The translations under genes and the position numbers were made by a program. From IMG/VR virus record IMGVR_UViG_3300048593_000385: a DNA stretch of 32,661 nucleotides; one strand, given 5' to 3'. This DNA comes from a virus (Duplodnaviria; Heunggongvirae; Uroviricota; Caudoviricetes). Under the pieces are notes generated by a model. That model had not been told where the DNA came from. It ran no database searches and saw only the letters and a program-made list of their open reading frames with translations. Shown one piece after another: positions 6,951-14,635 of the stretch (positions within the stretch are counted from its first letter, which is position 1; every line of letters starts with the position of its first letter).

Positions 6951-9449
6951 CTAGGCAAAAAAATCATCGAGGGTTGCGACTTCTTCAGTTTTCCAACTGA
7001 TGGCGTCGCAGATTAAAGTCAGTGGCTTTAGAAACGCAGCATTAAACTGACGGTCGTAGTCAATATGTTGTTCCAAATTAAATTGTTTGGGCAATACATT
7101 TAGGACGGCAAATACATCCTCGTGCAGAGGATTGGGAACTTTCATGTAACAATACTTGATTTTATCTCCGTCCGTAATTGCATTATACTTCTTTTCTAAA
7201 TTATTGTCAAGCAGTAATTTGTTAAAAAGTAGAGCACCACGAACATGGATTGGTGTTCCGCCACGATAGATATGAGTATCTGACTTGTAGTCAGTGAGAC
7301 TCGAGCATCCACGAGGCGAAGCGATTTCTTCAAAGGACAGCTTGCCAAATTCTTCACGGAAACCGTCAATGAATTGAATCAATTCAAGTTGAGTTCCACG
7401 AATAATAATCTGCAACGCTTGCCTAATTTTATTGCGACAGACTTCAGGAGTCGAGGATTTGACAGCCTCAATACCCATAATCTTCAGATCAGGTTCTTTA
7501 TACCGAACACCCTCATTGTCCCAGACATTCAGAATGTATCGTTTCTTGGCAGTCCAGATACCACGGTCGGCAATCGCTTCGCGCTTCATCTTCATGTTCT
7601 GCATGTAGGCATTGGTATTGTCAGCTAATTCCTGAAACTTCTGATCGATAAAAGGTTCGAGCTTTTGTTGGCAGACTTTGTCGAGGAAGTTGACAGTTGT
7701 TTCTTTGTCTTTGTTTGGGCAAGCCATGTCAACCAAATCGCCGAGACGAAGATAGATCGAGTCAGTATCCGAAGCAATAACGAAACGCTTCTCTTTGCCT
7801 GTCAGCTTCGCAAGATAGGCATCCATCGCATCACCAACATACCGAATACCATACTGACCAGAGAAGGTGATAGCTTCAGCAAACTGCAGCTTATACCAAC
7901 GGAAGTAGACGTTACCAACTGCACCGAACAGAGAGTTGAGAATAATCTTCTTGGCCATCTGCATGTTATTACAGCGAGAGATCTCTGCTTCAATCGCCTT
8001 AGACTTACCTTCAGACTGCTTGCGCTTTTTCGCATCAGTCATCTTGTTCTTCCACATCGTTCGGTCGGCATACATCTTTTCGACCAGCTGCGGGAACATA
8101 CCTTTCTCGTTCTTGTTCCAGACTGTTCCGTTGGCAGCAATCGCAAGATTTTCTTCTCGAGCATCCTCAAGTATGCTTGGTTTGATTCCATCCTTGAGTA
8201 GATTGTCGATTGAAGGGAAGTTAGGCAGCATACCAGCATAAGTCTCAGGAGACATATTATATTGAACAATCAGGCTGGGATACAGAGAGTTAACGTCAAA
8301 CGAAGCCACCCAATCGTGCATGCCAGTGACAGGCTCAAGAACGAATGCGCCTTCAAACTGATTCTTCTTTTCTCCACGCTTGATCTGATTGACAACCATC
8401 TTCTGCTCGAGCATGAAGTTATGAATGATCACATCCCAGAGCAACACAGAAGTAAAGGAATCTTCAAGATTGACCTTGGCATCATACGCGATCGCATACG
8501 CGAGCTCGATGAGAGCCATCTTCTCGTCAAGTTTCTTGACCAGTTCTACATCTCGAATGTTGTATTCGATGAACCGCTGGGGATCCTGCTTATACATACC
8601 AGCAAGAGTCTCAAATTCACTGTAGTCAATCTTACGTTCGCCAAGTTCGACATAAGCAATATGGTCGAGGCGATAGTTTTCTTGCTTGGTATATGTAAAC
8701 TTGGTGTAGAGACGTTGATAGTCTAGAGCAGATATGCCCATGATGTCATACGACTGTTGCTCGCGACCCCACATCTCAACCGACTTTTCTTTGAGCCAAC
8801 CCCAAGGCGAAAACCCAGCAGCATACTCATCGCCGAACAGCTTCTTGTAACGATTGACCAGATACGGAATATCGAAGAACTCAATATACCAGCCAGTCAT
8901 GACATCAAAGTCAAACTGTTTCCAGAACTTCATGAATGCACGAAGCATACTCAGTTCGTCATCGTAGAGGAGCGCTTCTACATCATCGCGATGCTTCTTA
9001 TATTGTAGAGTGGTGAACACATAATACTTGCCGCGAAACTCAACGGTGATGGCGTTGATAGCCTTGTCCGCTTTGTCAGGATTTGGGAATCCATCATCAG
9101 ACTCGACCTCGATATCCAGATCGGCAACACGAATCTGATCACGATCGTATTGAATTTCTCCTGGATAATAATCGTTCAAGAATGCATAGACCCACTTGTC
9201 CATGCCATAGATCTCGAATCCTGAGACTTCGTCATAAGTTTTGGTAAATTCTCTGGCTTCCTTGATAGAATCAAATTCTATCTTGTCGACCATAGCTCCA
9301 GAGATTGTTCTGTATTCTGGATCTGGCTTCCTTGACGGAACGAACAGATATGGGTTGTATGGAATTTTGGTCGAAACCCTGCGACCATCTTCATATCCAC
9401 GAAGAAAAATAAAATTACCACGCAATGCTGCGTTGGTGTAGAATCGCAT
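6951..9449 (-). CDS. 43: family B DNA polymerase (T4 gp43)
   Basis: Exo I DIE, FDIPY, YNIRD; polymerase motifs FDVNSLYPS, KIILNSLFG, SDTDS, KKRY; C-terminal clamp-binding TLDDFF. Confidence 0.97.
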   Translation of the reverse strand: MRFYTNAALRGNFIFLRGYEDGRRVSTKIPYNPYLFVPSRKPDPEYRTISGAMVDKIEFDSIKEAREFTKTYDEVSGFEIYGMDKWVYAFLNDYYPGEIQYDRDQIRVADLDIEVESDDGFPNPDKADKAINAITVEFRGKYYVFTTLQYKKHRDDVEALLYDDELSMLRAFMKFWKQFDFDVMTGWYIEFFDIPYLVNRYKKLFGDEYAAGFSPWGWLKEKSVEMWGREQQSYDIMGISALDYQRLYTKFTYTKQENYRLDHIAYVELGERKIDYSEFETLAGMYKQDPQRFIEYNIRDVELVKKLDEKMALIELAYAIAYDAKVNLEDSFTSVLLWDVIIHNFMLEQKMVVNQIKRGEKKNQFEGAFVLEPVTGMHDWVASFDVNSLYPSLIVQYNMSPETYAGMLPNFPSIDNLLKDGIKPSILEDAREENLAIAANGTVWNKNEKGMFPQLVEKMYADRTMWKNKMTDAKKRKQSEGKSKAIEAEISRCNNMQMAKKIILNSLFGAVGNVYFRWYKLQFAEAITFSGQYGIRYVGDAMDAYLAKLTGKEKRFVIASDTDSIYLRLGDLVDMACPNKDKETTVNFLDKVCQQKLEPFIDQKFQELADNTNAYMQNMKMKREAIADRGIWTAKKRYILNVWDNEGVRYKEPDLKIMGIEAVKSSTPEVCRNKIRQALQIIIRGTQLELIQFIDGFREEFGKLSFEEIASPRGCSSLTDYKSDTHIYRGGTPIHVRGALLFNKLLLDNNLEKKYNAITDGDKIKYCYMKVPNPLHEDVFAVLNVLPKQFNLEQHIDYDRQFNAAFLKPLTLICDAISWKTEEVATLDDFFA

Positions 9450-9481
9450 TCGATCACCTCATAGTTAAAGAGCCAATTCTC

Positions 9482-9510
9482 AATATACCCTAGAAAGGAA
9501 AAAATAGCAA
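9482..9510 (-). promoter_or_regulatory. sigma70-type promoter for gp43 (TTGCTA-17-TATATT)
   Basis: Correct 17-bp spacing in the intergenic region upstream of gp43. Confidence 0.65.
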
Positions 9511-9521
9511 GAACTATTTCC

Positions 9522-10274
9522 TCAATCGACGGAATATTCTTTGTCTTCAAAATTGGTCAAGTAGTCATTCAATTGGTTGATTTTTCCGAGATTGCGCAGA
9601 GCCTTATAGACCAGATTCTCTTGCGCAAATTCTCCAGCTTTCTGGATTCCTGAAGATCTCATCTGGTGGAGTCTACCCTTCAGCTTTTTAATTTGCTGTG
9701 CCTTCTCTTTTGTTCCGTAGGCAAAGTCGCTTGTCATATGATCAATCTGTTTCGCATAATACTTAATCTTGCGAATTAGATTCGGATTTGAATACATCTG
9801 TTTCACATCGTGCTTCGATGGCTTCGAGATCCACTTGTTGGTGATCAGAGAGTAAATTCCTTGAGCATCTTTTGGTTCTTGTTTTTCATCCTGAGCATAC
9901 AACTCAACAGGATATCCTTTGATTCGGATATTGGGATGGTACTTTGCCCAGAGAATCTTCTTGTCGTATAACCAGTCGTCGAGAATGTCTGGGTCTTTGA
10001 TGATGTTTTCCATATCAACAACAAGATGCAGGTCGATGTCCGAGAAGTCGGTATAGTTGTAGTTACAGTTCCCGCCAATCAGAATGATGTCTTTGATGAC
10101 ACTGAACGGAATACGAGAGAAGTCTGCCCAGTCATGTGCGATTCGAATCAGAGCAGCATGAATCTTTGGGTCTAGCTTTTCTTTCTGCCAGATCGCAGGA
10201 TTGAGCTGATCATGATACTGCAGAGTAGTATCGAATTTAGATCTTTCGTTCAGGAATTCTGTAAATTTGAGCAT
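9522..10274 (-). CDS. Pol-beta-superfamily nucleotidyltransferase with a capsid-targeting-like N-terminus (MLKFTEFLNE)
   Basis: hGG...SDIDLH motif (LIGGNCNYNYTDFSDIDLHLVVD), third acidic residue in VELYAQ; late promoter 28 nt upstream. Confidence 0.8.
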   Translation of the reverse strand: MLKFTEFLNERSKFDTTLQYHDQLNPAIWQKEKLDPKIHAALIRIAHDWADFSRIPFSVIKDIILIGGNCNYNYTDFSDIDLHLVVDMENIIKDPDILDDWLYDKKILWAKYHPNIRIKGYPVELYAQDEKQEPKDAQGIYSLITNKWISKPSKHDVKQMYSNPNLIRKIKYYAKQIDHMTSDFAYGTKEKAQQIKKLKGRLHQMRSSGIQKAGEFAQENLVYKALRNLGKINQLNDYLTNFEDKEYSVD

Positions 10275-10299
10275 GGGGATCTTTCGTGTTAGAACTCGT

Positions 10300-10315
10300 T
10301 ATATTTATAAATATA
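10300..10315. promoter_or_regulatory. bidirectional T4 late promoter: perfect 16-bp palindrome TATATTTATAAATATA
   Basis: TATAAATA on + (10306-10313) and on - (10302-10309), between the divergent nucleotidyltransferase and lysis genes. Confidence 0.8.
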
Positions 10316-10347
10316 TGAGAATTGAAATTAACAAGAAGGCTTGTCTC

Positions 10348-10863
10348 ATGTTTAGTATGATCCCTTTTCCTGTCAAAATTATGGCAATCATATTCATTGT
10401 TTTAGGTGCTGCTGGTTGGGGCTATATGAAAGGCTCTGCTCATGCAGAAGTCGAACTGGCCAACTACCAAGCCAAAGCCGAAAAACAAATCTCAGAATTA
10501 AAAACAGAAAACACTACCATCTCTAGTCAGGTCACGACAGAATTTGTCGATCGGGTCAATACCATTCACGACAAAGAAACAGTCTATCGCGATCGTCTGG
10601 TAAACCTCGGCGAGAGCACCAACAACCTTTCCAATGGTTGGGTTGAGCTTCATGATGCCGCTGCTAAACTTGCTGATCCAGATGCGCAACTAGCTGGTGA
10701 CAAATCTCCATCTGGCATCATGGACAACTCGGCGCTTGCTGTTGTGATGGGCAACTATTCAGTATGCCATCAAAACAAACAGCAGTTGATTTCTCTTCAG
10801 AAATGGATCACAGACAACAAGGCAGCTGTCGATAAAGTAAATGCAGAGGGAGCGAAAAAATGA
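10348..10863 (+). CDS. probable inner-membrane spanin (Rz-like)
   Basis: N-terminal TM (IMAIIFIVLGAAGWGY), coiled-coil, late Cys (NYSVCHQN); ATGA-coupled to a lipoprotein; start 10348 chosen over 10267. Confidence 0.7.
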   Translation: MFSMIPFPVKIMAIIFIVLGAAGWGYMKGSAHAEVELANYQAKAEKQISELKTENTTISSQVTTEFVDRVNTIHDKETVYRDRLVNLGESTNNLSNGWVELHDAAAKLADPDAQLAGDKSPSGIMDNSALAVVMGNYSVCHQNKQQLISLQKWITDNKAAVDKVNAEGAKK

Positions 10864-11033
10864 AGAAGCTGATTTATATTATTCCTTTGGTAATTGCTTT
10901 GTCGGGATGCGCAGGAAAAACCAGACTTGTACCTCAAGCATATATGCCAGAGCCACCAGAGATTCTGATGAAGTCTCCTAAAGAATTATCCACAATCAAA
11001 CAACCAACAAAAACAGAAGGAACTCCAAAATGA
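10860..11033 (+). CDS. probable outer-membrane spanin lipoprotein (Rz1-like), absent from the ORF track
   Basis: MKKLIYIIPLVIALSG|CAGKTRLVPQAYMPEPPEILMKSPKELSTIKQPTKTEGTPK*; lipobox LSGC, Pro-rich, ATGA overlaps at both ends. Confidence 0.75.
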   Translation: MKKLIYIIPLVIALSGCAGKTRLVPQAYMPEPPEILMKSPKELSTIKQPTKTEGTPK

Positions 11034-11239
11034 AAACTCTCTTAGAAAAAATTAAGAGCTTCTTTATCTTCTTAGATGTCAATCATGACGGCAAAGTTTC
11101 AGCCGAAGATGCTGAAATTGCGAAGGCATTGGCAGAAAAGAAATTCAAAGAAGCCAACGAAATTATTAATGATGTGAAGGCAGAAGTTGCTGTTGTGAAA
11201 GAGAAAGTTAAAAAAGCAACAAAAAAGAAAGCAAAATAA
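11030..11239 (+). CDS. small EF-hand-motif protein with a Lys-rich tail
   Basis: DVNHDGKVSAED matches the 12-residue EF-hand loop. Confidence 0.65.
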   Translation: MKTLLEKIKSFFIFLDVNHDGKVSAEDAEIAKALAEKKFKEANEIINDVKAEVAVVKEKVKKATKKKAK

Positions 11240-11688
11240 TGAACCCTCTATCATTTTTTTCAACACCACCCATTACTTCATTCGAGCAGTTAGAGCTTGA
11301 AAAGGGCAAGATTCAGCTAACCATCATGAAGATGGCTGCTACAATCCTTGGTATTATCATGCTAGCGGTTGTATTCATTTTTCTCATCGGTATGTTCATG
11401 CCAAACGAACTTATCGACAACAACGAAATCTTCAAAATCATTGGACCTGCATTCTCTACTATCGTAGGTGCTTTTGTCGGTGCGTTTGCTACTATGATGG
11501 GTATGAAGGTGACTGAGCTTGATACAAATGTCAAGACTCAAGAACTTGGCAAGACTGATCACAAGGCACTAGCAGAAGCGCATGTGATTAATGCACAAGC
11601 AGAGTCGATTGAAGCTGATACTGAAATTAAGCTAATGGCTGCTATTGACAAGTATCAAGATTCAGATGAAGACCACGGTCCATTCTAA
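11239..11688 (+). CDS. probable holin (two TM helices, acidic C-terminal tail)
   Basis: TMs ILGIIMLAVVFIFLIGMFM and IIGPAFSTIVGAFVGAFATMMG; immediately upstream of the endolysin. Confidence 0.6.
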   Translation: MNPLSFFSTPPITSFEQLELEKGKIQLTIMKMAATILGIIMLAVVFIFLIGMFMPNELIDNNEIFKIIGPAFSTIVGAFVGAFATMMGMKVTELDTNVKTQELGKTDHKALAEAHVINAQAESIEADTEIKLMAAIDKYQDSDEDHGPF

Positions 11689-11698
11689 GGAACAGCAC

Positions 11699-12883
11699 AT
11701 GACAAAACTAACAGAACATTTCGCTCTAGAAGAGATGACCGTCTCTCCAACTGCAAAGAAGTTGGGGATCCCTAATACGCCTACTGCTGAACACATCGAG
11801 AACATGCGCTATTGCTGCGAAAAGATTCTCGAACCTGTTCGTGCTAAGTTTGGTCCAGTCACAATCAACTCTTCGTATCGTGCTCCTCTTGTCAACAAAG
11901 CAGTTGGCGGTTCGAAGACTTCACAACACGTCAATGGCCAAGCTATCGACTTTGAAGTCAAAGGTGTTGACAACAAGAAGGTCGCTGACTGGGTTGCAGA
12001 CAATCTTGAATTCGACCAAGTCATCCTTGAGTTCTACACTGCTGGTGATAAGAACTCTGGCTGGGTTCACGCTTCGATCAAGAAGGAAGGCGGAAACCGC
12101 AAGCAGCGTCTGATTGCTAAGAAGTCGAAGGCTGGCGGGACTCAGTACGTTCCAGTTGCGGACTTTGATCCATCAACGACTCGCGAAGCAGGAGCTCCTC
12201 AAGTAGCTGGTCCAGCAATTGCGAAGCAGTCGGCTGCTCCTCTAAAGGCAGCTGTGGCTGTTGCGGGTCTTGGTCCATTAGCTGCTCTCCAAACTAAATG
12301 CGGCATTGGTGCCGATGGTAAATGGGGTCCAGGTACTTATAAGGCTGCACGCGACTTCTTCAAACTGACCAATGGTCAAGCAGCTCACTTCTTCGGACAG
12401 TGCGCTCACGAGTCAGGTGGCTTTAAAGTCTTCTCAGAAAATCTTAACTATTCGGATAAGGGTCTCAATGGAATATTTAAAAAGTATTTTCCAACGATTG
12501 CGTCAACAGCTGGTTACGCTCGTAAGCCTGAAAAGATTGCGAACAAAGTCTATGCCAACAGGATGGGCAATGGACCTGAAAGTTCGGGCGATGGTTTTAA
12601 ATATCGAGGTCGAGGTCCGATCCAGTTAACTGGCAAGGATAACTACACTGCATTTGCTGCTTCGGTAGGCAGACCTGATGTTCTAACAAATCCAGATATT
12701 GTTGCTGGCGAGTTGGCTTTCGAATCAGCTCTGTGGTTCTTCAAAAAGAACAATCTGTTTGCGATTGCAGACAAAGGTGTATCCGACGCTGTCATTACTC
12801 AGATTACAAAACGAGTAAATGGTGGGACGCACGGTCTAGATGATAGACTTAAGAAAACCAAACAATACTTTGCTTGGGGATAA
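11699..12883 (+). CDS. modular endolysin: Peptidase M15A + Ala-rich linker/PG-binding-like segment + GH19 glycosidase
   Basis: SSYR..VNKAVGGSKTSQHVNGQAID...WVH (M15 Zn site); ADGKWGPGT; HFFGQCAHESGGF, YRGRGPIQLTGKDNY, RVNGGTHGLDDR (GH19); AAGGA RBS before ATG 11699. Confidence 0.9.
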   Translation: MTKLTEHFALEEMTVSPTAKKLGIPNTPTAEHIENMRYCCEKILEPVRAKFGPVTINSSYRAPLVNKAVGGSKTSQHVNGQAIDFEVKGVDNKKVADWVADNLEFDQVILEFYTAGDKNSGWVHASIKKEGGNRKQRLIAKKSKAGGTQYVPVADFDPSTTREAGAPQVAGPAIAKQSAAPLKAAVAVAGLGPLAALQTKCGIGADGKWGPGTYKAARDFFKLTNGQAAHFFGQCAHESGGFKVFSENLNYSDKGLNGIFKKYFPTIASTAGYARKPEKIANKVYANRMGNGPESSGDGFKYRGRGPIQLTGKDNYTAFAASVGRPDVLTNPDIVAGELAFESALWFFKKNNLFAIADKGVSDAVITQITKRVNGGTHGLDDRLKKTKQYFAWG

Positions 12884-12890
12884 ATGATGA

Positions 12891-12913
12891 AGGGGGAGCC
12901 AAAAACTCCCCCT
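12891..12913. terminator. hairpin between convergent endolysin and hsp20 genes
   Basis: AGGGGGAG-ccaaaaa-CTCCCCCT perfect 8-bp stem; U-tracts are weak. Confidence 0.65.
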
Positions 12914-12923
12914 CCACTTTATG

Positions 12924-13400
12924 TCACTTAGTTTTAGTTTCTGCTAAGAATTCTGCAGGATCTGTAATTTCAATTTTCTTTGGCTTATTAGCCTCAGGAA
13001 TAATTGCTTCCAGACCAACACGCAGAATGCCATTGAGAAGCTGAGCACCATTAACTTCGACATTATCTGCCAAAGTAAACGTGCGAGTAAACGGACGTTG
13101 GGCAAGACCTCTGAACACAAATTCGCCTTCATCGGTTGATTGTGTGTTCCCTTTGATAACCAGTTTATCACCAGCCAACTCAAGTTCGATATCCTGCTTG
13201 CAGAAACCTGCAACAGCCATCTCGATGACATAACGATTGTCATCAATCTTCTTGATATTGTATGGGGGATATTTGATTTCTTGGGCCATCTTAACTGATT
13301 GCTCAGCAGCTTCAGAGAGTTTCTTGACGATTGGATCGAAACCGACTAGATAACGATCGAATGGAAATTGTAGGAATGTGTTCCCAAATTCAAATGCCAT
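12924..13400 (-). CDS. hsp20: small heat-shock protein (Hsp20/IbpA family)
   Basis: YPPYNIKK, IEMAVAGF, RGLAQRPFTRTFTLAD, NGIL, PEANKPKKIEI. Confidence 0.95.
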   Translation of the reverse strand: MAFEFGNTFLQFPFDRYLVGFDPIVKKLSEAAEQSVKMAQEIKYPPYNIKKIDDNRYVIEMAVAGFCKQDIELELAGDKLVIKGNTQSTDEGEFVFRGLAQRPFTRTFTLADNVEVNGAQLLNGILRVGLEAIIPEANKPKKIEITDPAEFLAETKTK

Positions 13401-13412
13401 AGTTACCTCCTC

Positions 13413-13730
13413 TTACTTGCAGCGCGAAAATAGTGCGCGATTTGAAAAGAATTCGTTCTTTGACAGAGCTGAGCTTTTGTCAGCATCAGCAACAGCAAAA
13501 AACTTTTTCTTGACAGTGCAACCAGTTTGCTCTAGTTCTAGAGTAGAGATTGTGCCATTTGCGTTTGTATCGAGACGAGCAAACAATTGTGTTCTCCAAG
13601 AACCAGCAACTGGAGTTACAACTTGAGTTGCAGCAATTTGTTTTAGTTCTGAGGCAGAGAGTTCGCCGTTTGCAAAGGCAGGGGTTGCAAGCAGAGTTGC
13701 GGCAATAATGCCGATAAGAGTATTTTTCAT
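13413..13730 (-). CDS. exported EF-hand pair protein
   Basis: Signal peptide MKNTLIGIIAATLLATPAFA|N; loops DTNANGTISTLE and DADKSSALSKNE; two Cys. Confidence 0.75.
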   Translation of the reverse strand: MKNTLIGIIAATLLATPAFANGELSASELKQIAATQVVTPVAGSWRTQLFARLDTNANGTISTLELEQTGCTVKKKFFAVADADKSSALSKNEFFSNRALFSRCK

Positions 13731-13796
13731 TATGTGCTCCTTATTAAGCGAGTTTTTAATTTTGATGTCCCATTAGGCGACATCGTTTTATTTAGT
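13731..13796 (-). promoter_or_regulatory. late-type promoter (ACTAAATA 13789-13796) plus structured leader with a ROSE-like RNA thermometer hairpin
   Basis: Leader: GATGTC-gcctaatgg-GACATC hairpin, then CTCGCTTAATAAGGAG, where the U(U/C)GCU motif pairs with the SD. Confidence 0.6.
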
Positions 13797-13800
13797 GGAA

Positions 13801-14625
13801 TTAACCAAAAAATGAATCTAGTGCATTTTCAGCAGCCTGAATCTTGTTCGGCTTTACCATACGGCTATCGCGCAGCTTGAGTTCGGCGTGTCCTGTTGTT
13901 TCACGAATATACATCTTACAATATTCAGGGAAGGCATCGGCAATAATCTGAATGCTCTTCTGGACATATTCCTTGGTGCGAATATCCTGAAGACCACCTT
14001 CTTCTTTGTAGTAGCGAGACTTGACAGTATACTTGTCTAGACGAACGACAGCTTCATTCTTGATGTATTGACGAATAGAATATTCATAATCTTCGCCGTG
14101 GTTAGTGATACGTTCAAGGAAGTCGGCGTGTTCAACAATGACACCAAACATAGAAGCGATGATGTAGCAGAGCTCTGTATAAACACGATCCTTCATAAAG
14201 TATGCGTTGGCAGCTGCATAGATACCGAAGGTTTTGGCCCCAGCTTTTTCGCAAGCCTCGAAACCCTGGATGATAATTTCTTTTTCAAGATCCTCAACCC
14301 GACCAAGCTTCTGTTCGCTGATCTTTACCTGCACTTCTTCGATGTCATCATCAAACATCATCAGCTTTGTGCCTTCAGGATACCAACGCTCAATAAAGTT
14401 GCGCTGCGCACCAATAGTAGGAACACCTCGAACAATCTCAATATCCTTGGCGTAAGGATTATCCTTCAACGCATTCGCATATCGATCATACTCGCCTTCT
14501 TCCTGATCATTGACAAAGATCTTAATCTTGGCAGGGTCAATATTATACGACTCAAGAACTTTCAGAGTCTTGTTCTGAACAGTCTTTTCGCGATGATAAG
14601 AAGGGATAGCAATACAATAATCCAT
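13801..14625 (-). CDS. GT-A fold glycosyltransferase of the TET/JBP-associated type
   Basis: IAIPSYHR, QRNFI, MMFDDDI (DxD), GEDYEYS, EEGGLQ; adjacent to the dioxygenase; C-terminal ALDSFFG. Confidence 0.8.
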   Translation of the reverse strand: MDYCIAIPSYHREKTVQNKTLKVLESYNIDPAKIKIFVNDQEEGEYDRYANALKDNPYAKDIEIVRGVPTIGAQRNFIERWYPEGTKLMMFDDDIEEVQVKISEQKLGRVEDLEKEIIIQGFEACEKAGAKTFGIYAAANAYFMKDRVYTELCYIIASMFGVIVEHADFLERITNHGEDYEYSIRQYIKNEAVVRLDKYTVKSRYYKEEGGLQDIRTKEYVQKSIQIIADAFPEYCKMYIRETTGHAELKLRDSRMVKPNKIQAAENALDSFFG

Positions 14626-14635
14626 AATATATCCT

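Noticed and set aside
4293-9449. Introns, inteins or homing endonucleases in gp41/uvsX/gp43
   Set aside because: ORFs are continuous and of normal length; no intein splice motifs or LAGLIDADG/HNH/GIY-YIG ORFs seen.
10267-10347. Longer starts given by the ORF track (e.g. 10267, 11645, 3587, 16483, 25472, 31165)
   Set aside because: They overlap promoters or neighbouring genes; downstream ATGs have better RBS or translational coupling.
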